From: Desulfomonilia bacterium
GTDB taxonomy: Bacteria; Desulfobacterota; Desulfomonilia; UBA1062
Direction of reading: 5' to 3'
NCBI GenBank assembly: GCA_050014195.1
Contig: JBEKDT010000002.1
Span: 192,001 to 256,000, forward strand
DNA: 64,000 nucleotides
Shown here piece by piece: positions 39,475-49,800 of this stretch. A model generated the notes under the pieces. That model was not told the origin of the DNA. It did no database searches and saw only the letters and a list, made by a program, of their open reading frames with translations. The position numbers and the translations under genes are program-made. Position 1 is the stretch's first letter, and every line of letters begins with the position of its first letter.

Positions 39475-40205
39475 GCGCCTTCCCCCTTTCCCTTCAGGGT
39501 CTGTATGTATGAGCGGATGGCTGTTTCGGCATAAACGAGCACATCGCGCATGACCTTCCTGGACTGTTCGGTATCGCCTTTTTTTATTGTCTCGAAGATC
39601 TCCCGATGAAATTGTTCGGAACGTTTGGCGTTTTCCGGGTTGTCGAAGTAGAGATGGCCGAAATCCACGAAGAAGCCGTTAAAAAAATTCAGCAGGATGA
39701 GATAGAGGATATTGCCGCTTGCCAGCCCAACGATGTGGTGAACCTTCATATCCCTGATCATGACCGATGCTTCCTTGCTATGGAATACGATCTCATCCAG
39801 TGCGTTTATGTGATCCTCCGTTCTGTTCCGGGCTGCAATGGCCGCCATCTCGGGGACGAGGATGAGCCTGACCTCAAGGAGGGTCATGAGGATGTCCGTA
39901 TCGAGGGTGTCATCAAGGTAGAACAGGGCATTGACGAGCTCGAGATTGGGGCTTTCTAAATAATTCTTCACATACACCCCGTCGCCGTGCCTGATCTCGA
40001 TGACATCGAGCGATTCCAGCTTCTTGAGTGCCTCGCGCACCGTCGATCGGTTGACCTGGAAGGTAAGCGCCAGGTTCCTCTCGGTGGGAAGCTTCTGGCC
40101 CACCTTCATGTCTTTCTTGATGATCTTCTTCAGGAGCAGTGCTGCGATCTTCTCATAGAGCCTGCTCCTGCTGAGCTGACCCATTCGTGATGCCGGCATA
40201 TTCAT
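39471..40205 (-). CDS. GntR/FadR-family transcriptional regulator
   Basis: LPTERNLA..FQVNRSTVREAL..L...I.HG.G wHTH plus FCD domain. Confidence 0.92.
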   Translation of the reverse strand: MNMPASRMGQLSRSRLYEKIAALLLKKIIKKDMKVGQKLPTERNLALTFQVNRSTVREALKKLESLDVIEIRHGDGVYVKNYLESPNLELVNALFYLDDTLDTDILMTLLEVRLILVPEMAAIAARNRTEDHINALDEIVFHSKEASVMIRDMKVHHIVGLASGNILYLILLNFFNGFFVDFGHLYFDNPENAKRSEQFHREIFETIKKGDTEQSRKVMRDVLVYAETAIRSYIQTLKGKGEGA

Positions 40206-40216
40206 TATAGTTTCCC

Positions 40217-40255
40217 CTGCATGAATTGGTCGGGTGGTCCGACCAATTCATGCAG
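40217..40255. promoter_or_regulatory. FadR-type operator within a perfect 17-bp inverted repeat
   Basis: CTGCATGAATTGGTCGG-gtggt-CCGACCAATTCATGCAG containing TGGTCCGACCA (FadR-family TGGT-N3-ACCA), just upstream of the regulator start. Confidence 0.75.
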
Positions 40256-40447
40256 TATTATATTCTTTCTGTCAAGAAAATACGTATAGTAATCAGGAGT
40301 AACCCTTCATGTACTTTGATTCTTACCTGAAACCCTATGCTTAGTGTGCTCATGTTCTTTGAATGTCATTTCCCCTTGACTGCTTAACGTCATGCCCCTA
40401 CATGCACACCTTGTTGAAAAAACTATACGTGGAAGGGGGAAAATAAC

Positions 40448-41188
40448 ATGAAAAAATCAAGTAACCTTTTCATATTGGTGTTCGTAGGATTGGTCACCCT
40501 GTACAGCTCTCCTGCTCTTCATGAAAATGCAAATGCAGGGGACATGATATTAAGCGATATGCAAGCGGGTTCCTCCTACAAGGGGGACCTCATGTCAAAC
40601 CAAGTGCATACCAGTTCCCTTGCTTCAAATGATGTATGGCTGCTGCATGGAGAACAAGGTAGCCGGGTTGTGATCACAGATGCGGTGGAAGCCGGACATG
40701 TCCCGCCGGATATCTATCTCTATCCTCCAGGCGGCACGGCATATGAGGCCCGTTCAGACCCAGGGAGCGACCGATACCGGGTCATTGACCGGAATCTGGA
40801 ATTCACCGGGAATTACGTCGTGCTTATCCATAACAATGACAATAACGACCCATTAAACACGCTCAATTACGAACTCACCTATACGACGTTCCAAATGAAT
40901 GGGTCTTACATGATAGATCCTGATGCTATTGATGGAAACCTCATTAAAACCGTTCCCAGCAGGTTATATCAGCCCAGGTCGGGAGGGATTGTAACGAGCG
41001 CAATTGCAGTCGATGAGGCTACCATGGGGCTTGGACCGCTCTTTTATGGAATCTTTATAGGGATTGGCAGCACGGTTGAAGGTGTAGCAAGTCTCTTTGA
41101 GAAGTCCTCTTCGGAAACGAAAGTTCAAGACACCTGCCCGATGCCTGTGATTTATAATGACAAAGAGTTGGTTCTCTGTGCCAAATAA
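40448..41188 (+). CDS. Hypothetical exported protein (possible beta-sandwich/PPC-like domain)
   Basis: Signal peptide, purine-rich RBS, D.W...G..G..V.I...IYLY.P.G...TGNY pattern. Confidence 0.6.
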   Translation: MKKSSNLFILVFVGLVTLYSSPALHENANAGDMILSDMQAGSSYKGDLMSNQVHTSSLASNDVWLLHGEQGSRVVITDAVEAGHVPPDIYLYPPGGTAYEARSDPGSDRYRVIDRNLEFTGNYVVLIHNNDNNDPLNTLNYELTYTTFQMNGSYMIDPDAIDGNLIKTVPSRLYQPRSGGIVTSAIAVDEATMGLGPLFYGIFIGIGSTVEGVASLFEKSSSETKVQDTCPMPVIYNDKELVLCAK

Positions 41189-41288
41189 TAAAAGGTATAT
41201 CGACCACGGATAGACCCTATCCTTCCGATATGGATAGGAATGGAAGCCTCTGGGCATGAATCTACAATAAACCGTAAGGACGAGAATA

Positions 41289-41525
41289 TCAGTCTTGTTT
41301 ACTTATTGCCCTCAAATTAAGCAGATTGATATCTGTCTTTGGTTGATATTTATTGATCAGCTCACCAATGGCCTCATTCACAAGCAGAGAAAGCTCCTTT
41401 CCCGTCAATGCAGAGAGAACAGTAAGAGCCTTTGCGTATCTTTCCTCGATGTAGTAGTTCCTCTTGATGAGCTTGCTGTTATCGTCATTCCTTAAATCCA
41501 GCGGCTTCCTTCCTCTTGTTGCCAT
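41289..41525 (-). CDS. Small ribbon-helix-helix-like DNA-binding protein
   Basis: KRNYYI strand followed by ALTVLSALTGKELSLLVNEAIGELI helices; GGGG RBS. Confidence 0.6.
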   Translation of the reverse strand: MATRGRKPLDLRNDDNSKLIKRNYYIEERYAKALTVLSALTGKELSLLVNEAIGELINKYQPKTDINLLNLRAISKQD

Positions 41526-41779
41526 TTTTCCCCCACAGTTAGTTTGTTAAATCTTTTTCTGAAACCATTGCACTTATTAGATGAATATATCTTATTACCG
41601 GTTCCTTTATCAGTTATTTATTTCTTTTGCAAAAGGATCTCTTCCGGGTACCGACTCGGTGATTCTTGACCTTCGGCCCGGTCTGGTGTTAAGTCATCTT
41701 CTACCTTGAAGATCACACACATCAGGTGCGGTTCGAAGAGCACCGGAGGATGCAAGAGGTCATGGGATCAACAAAGCGC

Positions 41780-42595
41780 ATGGTAAAGGTTTCCTTCACC
41801 AAGATGGCAGGGACGGGGAATGACTTCATCATGGTGAACAATGTCAAGAAACTCTACAATCTTGACTGGCAGGCCTTTGCGGTCCGCTTCTGCCCCTTGA
41901 AGACCGGCATCGGTGCGGACGGTGTGATAGTACTGGATGAAGATACGGACACGAATTTTGCCTTCCGGATCTTCAATGCCGACGGCAGCGAAGCGGAAAT
42001 GTGCGGCAACGGGGCCCGGTGCGCAGCCCTTTTTGCCGTTCAGCAGGGCGTTGCAAAGAACTCCATGCGGTTCAAGACCCTGGCAGGCATCATTGGCGCC
42101 AGGATCGACAAAGAAGATGTCGCCATCCGGATGACCGATCCTGAAGGTCTGAAAACCGGTATCAGCATCGATGTTGAAGATGAACAGACAAGTGTACACT
42201 TCATCAACACCGGTGTCCCTCATACCATACTTTTCATTGATCATATCGAGGATGCGAGAGTGTTTGAGCTGGGGCGAGCCATCCGTTTTCACAACAGGTT
42301 CGCGCCTGCAGGGACCAATGCGAACTTCGTGCAGGTCCTTTCTCAGGACCGCATCCACGTGCGTACCTACGAGCGGGGGGTTGAGGCAGAGACCTATGCC
42401 TGCGGAACAGGCGCAGTGGCCTCGGCAATAATAGCTGAGCACCTGGGTAAAGTTATAGGCGCGCCTGTTCATGTACACACGAAGGGCGGCGACTTGAAGA
42501 TCGACTTTACCAGAGATGGCAGCCGATACTCCGGAGTCTGGCTCATAGGGCCGGTGGATACGGTTTTCACCGGCGAGATCATGGTAAGGCCATGA
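41780..42595 (+). CDS. dapF: Diaminopimelate epimerase
   Basis: KMAGTGNDF, GIGADG, NADGSEAEMCGNGARC, TGVPH, ERGVE.ET.ACGTG; start uncertain (41726-41780). Confidence 0.95.
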   Translation: MVKVSFTKMAGTGNDFIMVNNVKKLYNLDWQAFAVRFCPLKTGIGADGVIVLDEDTDTNFAFRIFNADGSEAEMCGNGARCAALFAVQQGVAKNSMRFKTLAGIIGARIDKEDVAIRMTDPEGLKTGISIDVEDEQTSVHFINTGVPHTILFIDHIEDARVFELGRAIRFHNRFAPAGTNANFVQVLSQDRIHVRTYERGVEAETYACGTGAVASAIIAEHLGKVIGAPVHVHTKGGDLKIDFTRDGSRYSGVWLIGPVDTVFTGEIMVRP

Positions 42596-42613
42596 TGAAA
42601 AGAGTAATGATCA

Positions 42614-44152
42614 ATGCGTGAGCTTGTAGCAGTCCTTGACTTCGGTTCCCAATACGCCCAGCTTATCTCCCGTCGCATCAGGGAGTGCGGTGTGTATTGC
42701 GAGATCCTCCCCCACGATATATCGTGCGCCGATCTGAGCGCCCTTGCGCCCAAGGCGATTGTCCTTTCCGGAGGACCGGCCTCTGTACTCGAAGAAGGCC
42801 ATCCCGGGATTGATTCGGGGATCTTTAAACTTGGCATCCCTGTGCTCGGAATTTGCTATGGGCTGCAACTTCTCTCTGATGCACTCGGCGGAAAACTTGA
42901 ACGTGGGGTAGCCCGCGAATATGGCCCTGCCTCCATCGAGATAGACAGTCCCGGCCGACTCTTTGACGGACTTCACCATCAGCTCGATGTCTGGATGAGC
43001 CATGGCGACCATGTATCAACCCCGCCCAAGGGCTTTTCCATCCTGGCACACACACGCTCGTGCGCAGTGGCTGCCATGGGGGACGACACGCGAAAGATCT
43101 ACGGTGTCCAGTTCCACCCGGAAGTGGTTCACACGCCCAAGGGCATCGACATCCTGAAAAACTTTCTCTTTGGAATAGCCGGATGCTCCGGCGGCTGGAC
43201 CATGAGAGGCTTTATCGAGGAATCCATAAAGAACATCAAAGCCCAGGTGGGTAATGCCCGGGTCATATGCGGCATGTCGGGAGGGGTGGACTCTGCAGTC
43301 GTGGCTGCCCTTATCAACAAGGCCATCGGCTCTCAGATGACGGCCATCTTCGTTGACAACGGGGTGCTTCGTGGAGGCGAGGCTGCTGAGATCCGTAAGA
43401 CCTTCACCGAGATATACCCGCTGAATCTCGATATCGTGGATGCCGGCGATAGATTCCTTGATGCCCTCAAAGAGGTGACCGAGCCTGAAGAAAAACGCAA
43501 GATCATCGGCGGGACCTTTATCGATGTATTCTATGACGAGGCAGAGCGCATCGGCGGGGCTGACTATCTTGCCCAAGGGACGCTGTATCCGGATGTCATC
43601 GAGAGCAGGTCCGCCAAGGGCGGCCCTTCAGTCACGATCAAAAGCCACCACAATGTGGGCGGCCTGCCTGATGACCTCAAGTTCACACTCATCGAGCCGT
43701 TGAAGGAGCTTTTCAAGGACGAAGTGCGGGTACTCGGCAAAGAACTGGGGCTCCCTGATACCATCCTCAAGCGGCAGCCCTTCCCTGGACCGGGCCTTGC
43801 CGTGCGTATTCTGGGTGAAGTAACCAGGGACAATGTGAAAATCCTCCAGGAGGCCGATCGGCGGGTACAAGAGGAAATGATCCGCTATGATGCATACAAA
43901 GATGTGTGGCAGTCATTCGCCGTGCTCCTGCCTGTAAAGAGTGTGGGAGTAATGGGGGACGAGCGGACGTACGCCAATGTGATAGCCATCAGGGCGGTCC
44001 ACAGCATGGACGGCATGACAGCGGACTGGGTCAAGCTGCCCTACGACCTGCTGGCGCGGATCTCCACCCGCATCATCAACGAGGTCAAGGGGGTGAACCG
44101 CGTGGTCTATGATATCAGTTCCAAACCGCCCAGCACCATCGAATGGGAGTGA
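42614..44152 (+). CDS. guaA: GMP synthase (glutamine-hydrolysing)
   Basis: DFGSQY, GICYG, QFHPEV, SGGVDS, IKSHHNVGG, SKPPSTIEWE. Confidence 0.97.
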   Translation: MRELVAVLDFGSQYAQLISRRIRECGVYCEILPHDISCADLSALAPKAIVLSGGPASVLEEGHPGIDSGIFKLGIPVLGICYGLQLLSDALGGKLERGVAREYGPASIEIDSPGRLFDGLHHQLDVWMSHGDHVSTPPKGFSILAHTRSCAVAAMGDDTRKIYGVQFHPEVVHTPKGIDILKNFLFGIAGCSGGWTMRGFIEESIKNIKAQVGNARVICGMSGGVDSAVVAALINKAIGSQMTAIFVDNGVLRGGEAAEIRKTFTEIYPLNLDIVDAGDRFLDALKEVTEPEEKRKIIGGTFIDVFYDEAERIGGADYLAQGTLYPDVIESRSAKGGPSVTIKSHHNVGGLPDDLKFTLIEPLKELFKDEVRVLGKELGLPDTILKRQPFPGPGLAVRILGEVTRDNVKILQEADRRVQEEMIRYDAYKDVWQSFAVLLPVKSVGVMGDERTYANVIAIRAVHSMDGMTADWVKLPYDLLARISTRIINEVKGVNRVVYDISSKPPSTIEWE

Positions 44153-44155
44153 GTC

Positions 44156-45412
44156 CTATTTAAACGACGGTATCATATCAATGGCTTTAGCGGTGAGATC
44201 ATGTACAATGCCGTTCAGCCACGCGGTACCACTCTTCCGTGTCGTCTCGGGAAGGCCCTTGATGGTAGCGATGTAGTCGGAGGTCCCCTCAGGCATGTCC
44301 TTATAGAGCGCTGCAAGGAATGCGTCCCTCACCTGATCACTGCCGGAGAACGACCGGTATGACTGGATCATGTCCGCTATCATGCTCCAGTTTCTGAACA
44401 GCTCCTCCTGTTGATTTATCATGGCCGGTGGTTGTGCCCATGCACCGGCCGGGCCCTTGTGCATTATCAGGGATTCAGGGATCATATGGATGAAGGCCTC
44501 GAGTCTGGCCGTCCTCTCATCGATGGCCAGATCCAGCTTCTCTATGGCCCCTTCCAGCAGGGCGATATGAAAGTGCCCTGAGCCTGCAAACAGGGATCTG
44601 ACATGAGAATACCATGCCTTTAAAGCAATGATGTTGGCGATGTAGGTTATGTTGTTCCGGACCTTGTCCTTTATTTTCATCAAGAGTCCCGGAACAAATT
44701 TCTTACGCGCTGCCGCAAACTGTATGCCCGTGATGAGCTTGTGGCCTTCATGAAAATCGCCACGAAAGATGACGCCTGCAGCGATCACGGTACCATACCC
44801 GATGACGGCCGGCCCCACAAGGCCGCCCTGGCCGCCGAGAAATATGGGCCGCTGGTCCAGCATGACACCGCGGGGAACATCACCTATAAGCGATGCAGTG
44901 GCCTTGTCCTGATTGGGGGTGAAATTGAAATGGATGTACGAGCTGCCGACCTCGCTGTGGTCTTTCCTGCTTGTGCCTCCGGCCATGAAGCAGTCGCAGA
45001 AATTGATGAGGCTCCCCAGCGTGACGAAAGGGAACAATATGGTGTGTTTGATGCCAACCGCATGCGCACAGCTCGCCTCTTCTTCGAGTATGCATGCATC
45101 CCGGACATGCGCGCCGGATGCTACGTTCGATCCACGGAGAAATACGGAATTTCTGAAATAACCGCCTTTGAGCTCCACAAAGGGACCGATCTGACAGTCT
45201 TCAACAGTGACCGGACCTTCCTGGCCGAGCCTGACTCCTTCCATGATCAGGGTCTTCTTTCCGCGGATCCTGCAACCCGGGTTGATGATGATGTCCTTGC
45301 CTGAGATCCTGCCCGGATCCACTTCATCTCCGATGTAAACACTCTTAGGGTCCGGAATGGTAACACCCTTTTCGATGAGCGCCTTCACTTTGGGGCTTGG
45401 GGTTTCTTCCAT
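44156..45412 (-). CDS. GlmU-related left-handed beta-helix protein lacking the uridyltransferase domain
   Basis: GVTIPDP..VYI, GPF....G, LGSLINFCD, hexapeptide-like repeats; adjacent to glmM. Confidence 0.65.
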   Translation of the reverse strand: MEETPSPKVKALIEKGVTIPDPKSVYIGDEVDPGRISGKDIIINPGCRIRGKKTLIMEGVRLGQEGPVTVEDCQIGPFVELKGGYFRNSVFLRGSNVASGAHVRDACILEEEASCAHAVGIKHTILFPFVTLGSLINFCDCFMAGGTSRKDHSEVGSSYIHFNFTPNQDKATASLIGDVPRGVMLDQRPIFLGGQGGLVGPAVIGYGTVIAAGVIFRGDFHEGHKLITGIQFAAARKKFVPGLLMKIKDKVRNNITYIANIIALKAWYSHVRSLFAGSGHFHIALLEGAIEKLDLAIDERTARLEAFIHMIPESLIMHKGPAGAWAQPPAMINQQEELFRNWSMIADMIQSYRSFSGSDQVRDAFLAALYKDMPEGTSDYIATIKGLPETTRKSGTAWLNGIVHDLTAKAIDMIPSFK

Positions 45413-45415
45413 AAC

Positions 45416-46774
45416 TCAATCCCTTAAACCTATTTTCTCGGCAATCACCTTGGCTATCATCTGAGCGTATCTGTCCGTCTCGTGCTCGGTGGGGCCCTCC
45501 ACCATGACACGGCACATCTGCTGGGTACCGGAATATCGCACAAGCACCCTGCCCTTATCACCCAGCACGTCTTCCACCTCCTTGATGACGGACACGATCT
45601 CGGGGATGGTCTCCAGATCCGGCTTGCGCTTGACGTCGATATTGATGAGCTTCTGGGGGAAGACCTTCATGACCTTTGCCAGTTCGGAAAGCGGTCTGCC
45701 TTGAGTTTTCATGGCGCTGAGCACCTGAAGTGCCGAGATGATGCCGTCACCCGAGGTATGATGATCCAGGAAGATGATGTGGCCTGACTGCTCTCCACCG
45801 ATGACGGCCCTATGCTCAAGCATCTCCTCCAACACGTATCGGTCTCCAACCTTGGTCTCCATCATGTCGATACCCAAGTCCTTCAAAGCCACCTTCATCC
45901 CCAGGTTACTCATGACGGTCGCCACCAGGAGATTGTTCCTGAGCGCCCCCTGCTTCTTCATGGCATTTGCACAAAGGACAAGGATATGGTCGCCGGTGAG
46001 CACATCCCCCTTCTCGTCTACGGCAATGACCCGATCTCCGTCTCCGTCAAAGGCAAACCCCACGTCCGCTCCATTCTTGACGACCTCATATGCGAGCGAA
46101 TCGGGATGTTGTGAACCGCAGCCCCGGTTGATGTTCTTGCCGTCCGGTTCGTGGTAAAGCGGAATCACTTTCGCACCGAGTTCGAAGAATACCTCAGGGG
46201 CTATCCGATAGGTGGCACCATTGGCACAATCCAGCACGATCTTCATGCCCTCGAGCGAATATTCATCAGGGAATGAGCGCTTGAGGTAGACGATATACCT
46301 CCCCCTTGCATCATCGATGCGGTAGGCCTTGCCGATGGTTTCAGGCTCCGCGTGGAAGGTGGAGATGTCTTCAGCAAGGATGATCTTCTCGATCTCGGCT
46401 TCACGTGAATCAGGGAGCTTGAAGCCGTCCTTTGAGAAGATCTTGATGCCGTTGTCCTCGTATGGGTTATGGGAGGCCGAGATCACAATACCTGCATCCG
46501 CCCTCATGCTCACGGTCAGAAAGGCCACACCAGGTGTGGTCATGGGCCCCACCTGAAGGGCGTCCGCACCCATGGAGCAGATACCCGAAACAAGCGCGCT
46601 CTCAAGCATGTATCCCGAAACCCTGGTATCCTTCCCGATGAGGATCCTCGGTGTGTGCCCCTCTTTCCTGGAAAGGTATGCTATGGCACGGCCCACCTTG
46701 AGTGCCGTCTCGGAGGTCATGGGGTGGACGTTTGCTACGCCTCTGATGCCATCGGTACCGAATAGATTGCCCAT
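45416..46774 (-). CDS. glmM: Phosphoglucosamine mutase
   Basis: LFGTDGIRG, GKDTRVSGY, ISASHNP, FDGDGDR, GGEQSGH, RYSGTQ. Confidence 0.96.
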   Translation of the reverse strand: MGNLFGTDGIRGVANVHPMTSETALKVGRAIAYLSRKEGHTPRILIGKDTRVSGYMLESALVSGICSMGADALQVGPMTTPGVAFLTVSMRADAGIVISASHNPYEDNGIKIFSKDGFKLPDSREAEIEKIILAEDISTFHAEPETIGKAYRIDDARGRYIVYLKRSFPDEYSLEGMKIVLDCANGATYRIAPEVFFELGAKVIPLYHEPDGKNINRGCGSQHPDSLAYEVVKNGADVGFAFDGDGDRVIAVDEKGDVLTGDHILVLCANAMKKQGALRNNLLVATVMSNLGMKVALKDLGIDMMETKVGDRYVLEEMLEHRAVIGGEQSGHIIFLDHHTSGDGIISALQVLSAMKTQGRPLSELAKVMKVFPQKLINIDVKRKPDLETIPEIVSVIKEVEDVLGDKGRVLVRYSGTQQMCRVMVEGPTEHETDRYAQMIAKVIAEKIGLRD

Positions 46775-46812
46775 TATTGTCACTCCCTTGTTGCTCAGAC
46801 CACTTTAAGATA

Positions 46813-49800
46813 TTATTCACCCAAAAACTCAGAGAGTTTTGAGGCCTCATATCCGGATGATTCTATGCGTTTCATAAGATCAACGGCCGTATCATATGCC
46901 GTATGCAGTGCTTCCATTATAGCCTTTTCACTGAGCTTCCTGTCTGCCAGGCGTTCCAACAACGAGCACACTAGCAGAGAGGAAACCAGCATTTCCATGG
47001 ACTCCTTGTTGAACCACCACTTCTCGTTAAATTGATTGAAGCCCAGGAAGTCACGTACCCGTGTATCCGGGAGCATGTCATTAAGAGCGGAGGCGAACTG
47101 CTGCGGTCTCATTGTGGAGAGCAGTCCTTGATACTGTGTGAGGATTTGTATCAACACTATCTCATAGCGGGCCCTGCCCTGGTCCGACCCCAGGCCGGCA
47201 ATCGCATTCTCCATGGCACGACCCAGCATCCACTCCTCAATCAGGGCACATGACCTTCTTCCTCGATCTTCATCACCCGCAAGAACCCCTATGCGGGATA
47301 CTACCGAGAAGAGCACCAATATCCTCCATCCGAAGAGGTCATCAGCCACCTGATCCGGTATAACAGTGAGAACGGATTGCGACTTCACATCATTCTTCCA
47401 GGCCTTTTTATGCCTTAAACCATCGAGCTTGAAGATCACCTCCATCAGCGAGCATGCCTCGTCGGCAACAGCAGCCTCCCTGTTTGCCCAGCCCGAAAAT
47501 TCCCGGGCACTCTTGAAGAAGGTCGTAAGGCGTTCCCGGTATGCGGCAGGAACCTTGCCGGTGCGTCTTCCTTCGGCAACGAGCATTTTCAGCGTATCAA
47601 GGGCGATCAACTCACCAAAGGGCTTAAGCACCTTATCGAGATAAATCTCCTTTAAGGCAGTCATTATATCGGGCATGCCCCTGCCCATTAGCTTTTCATC
47701 CAATTCTCGGCACCTTCCATCGTGGTCGTAGACCTCCCGGAAGGAGGTAAACACATGGCATTTGAAGGCCCCAAGGTGAATCATCAGTCCGTCCCGCCAG
47801 AGGCTTCGGCTGTTACGGATGTATTCAAGGCCGGACTTGTCGTCATGAAAGATATAATACAGCGAATCTTCGTTCTTCAGGCCCAGGCCTTCACCGAGGC
47901 TCATATGGATGATGTGCCTCCTGCCGTGATTCTCCATGTTCATACCTACCGAACGGCTGATGGTACCGGTGGCCTCAGCATAGCGATTGTTGTAGATTAC
48001 CAGCGATCTCTCATCTCCATACCTGTTGGAGTAGGCGAATATGTCCTCATTCACATGTCCCTCCGGCGTGCGCACATCATACAGGACGAAGCTCTCCACG
48101 CCGCTGAAGAGGCGGCGTTTCTTCAAGAGGGGGAAGATCTCCCGTTCGTGGCGCATCACCAGGTGGTGGTCGATGGACTCGTCCCAGTAGGCCCTGCGAT
48201 ATTCCATGCCGTATTTTTCCGAGAACCCTTCAATCTGCCCATGGCCGAACATGGGCAGCCCCGGCATGGTGGCCATGAGGGTTGCCACGCCGAAATACTT
48301 GTCATCCTTGCCGAATCCGTGCACGGCAGGCTCTTCGTCCGGGTTGTTCATGAAATTCACGAAACGCCTCAAGATCTCCGGATTGAAACGCAGCACGTTC
48401 TTCATAACATCGCGGTACTTGCTGTTTTCCTCTGTCTTGAGCATATTCATGAAGGCACTGTTGTAAACGCGGTGCATGCCCAGACTCCTGACAAAGTAGC
48501 CTTCCATGAGCCAGAATGCTTCAGCCAGGAGCAGCGTATTGGGAACTTCCTCGGCCACCCGGTCTACGAGCTCTCTCCAGAATTCAACCGGAAAGAGCCG
48601 TTCGAACTCATCAGGGGTCACACCATGGCCTGAACGCGATGGTATGTCTCCGCCAAAGCCGGGAGGCGGATACCAGAGACGCTGGAAGTGCCTCTTGGCG
48701 AGCGTCATGGCGGCATCGAACCGGATGATGGGGAACTTCCTGGCAATGGCAATGGTCTGGTCAATAACCGCCCGGCGTACCTCGTGTTTTAAGAAGTCGA
48801 GCTGGGCAGTGTCGTTCCAGGGCATGCTCGTACCGTCGTTGCCGTGGTAGATGTACCGGTTGTTTCCGGTGTAGCGGTCATGCCGCCTGAAGACGACTGC
48901 GGCATCCCTGCGGTCCCAGTAGCCGTCCTCGATCTGAACCTCAACGCGGTCTTCACCGGACAGGTTGGCCCCGGTAAACCTATAGCCCGGGAAGGGGCTG
49001 TGGTCGAGCTGGATGAACCAGTCCGGGTGCTCGATGACCCACTTGGAATAGATACCCATATGGTTCGGCACCATGTCGGTTGCCATCCTGATACCATGAC
49101 GCATTGCACGTAATTTGAGGTTCTCGAAGGCCTCATCGCCTCCAAGCTCGTGGGCTATCGTGTAATCATAAATGGAGTATGCCGATGCAGCTGCCTCAGG
49201 GTTGCCGGTCATCTGTTTGATGGTGCGCGACGCCGGGCTCCGCTCCCAGATTCCGATGAGCCATAATCCGGTAAACCCCCAGCGGGCGAGGATCTCCAGT
49301 TCTTCGTCCGGGATCTGGTCGAGCCGCCAGATGTGCCTTTGATATTTGGCGGAGAGCTGGTGCAGCCACACGTATACGCTCTTGGCTATGAGCACGAGGC
49401 TTGCCATCCAGTCGAGGTCCGCGCTGAACCGCTCGAGATCCTCCAGGTCCTTCAGGGTGAAGAAGGGAACAGGCGCGGTCCCGGGGCCGAGGAACCTGGC
49501 CTTGGTCTCTTCCTTGATGAGGTCGAGGCCGCTTAGGAGCTTGATATAGAGCTCTGCGAGGAGATACCCCCAGTTTACCCTGATGAATTCAAGCTGGTCA
49601 TAGAGCGAATGGGGCGCGGCCCTCAATGGGGCAAGCAGGAGGTCGAGCAGTGTCTGCCCCAAGGGGCCCAACGGCGGCTGTGTTTTGAAAAACTCATCCA
49701 GGCAGGATATGATCTGGATATACGGGGTCTCCTCTCTGAGTTGTTTGTCGTCAAAGAGTTCTTTGTAGGGTGTCAAAGCGGGATTCTCATTGGAGATGAA

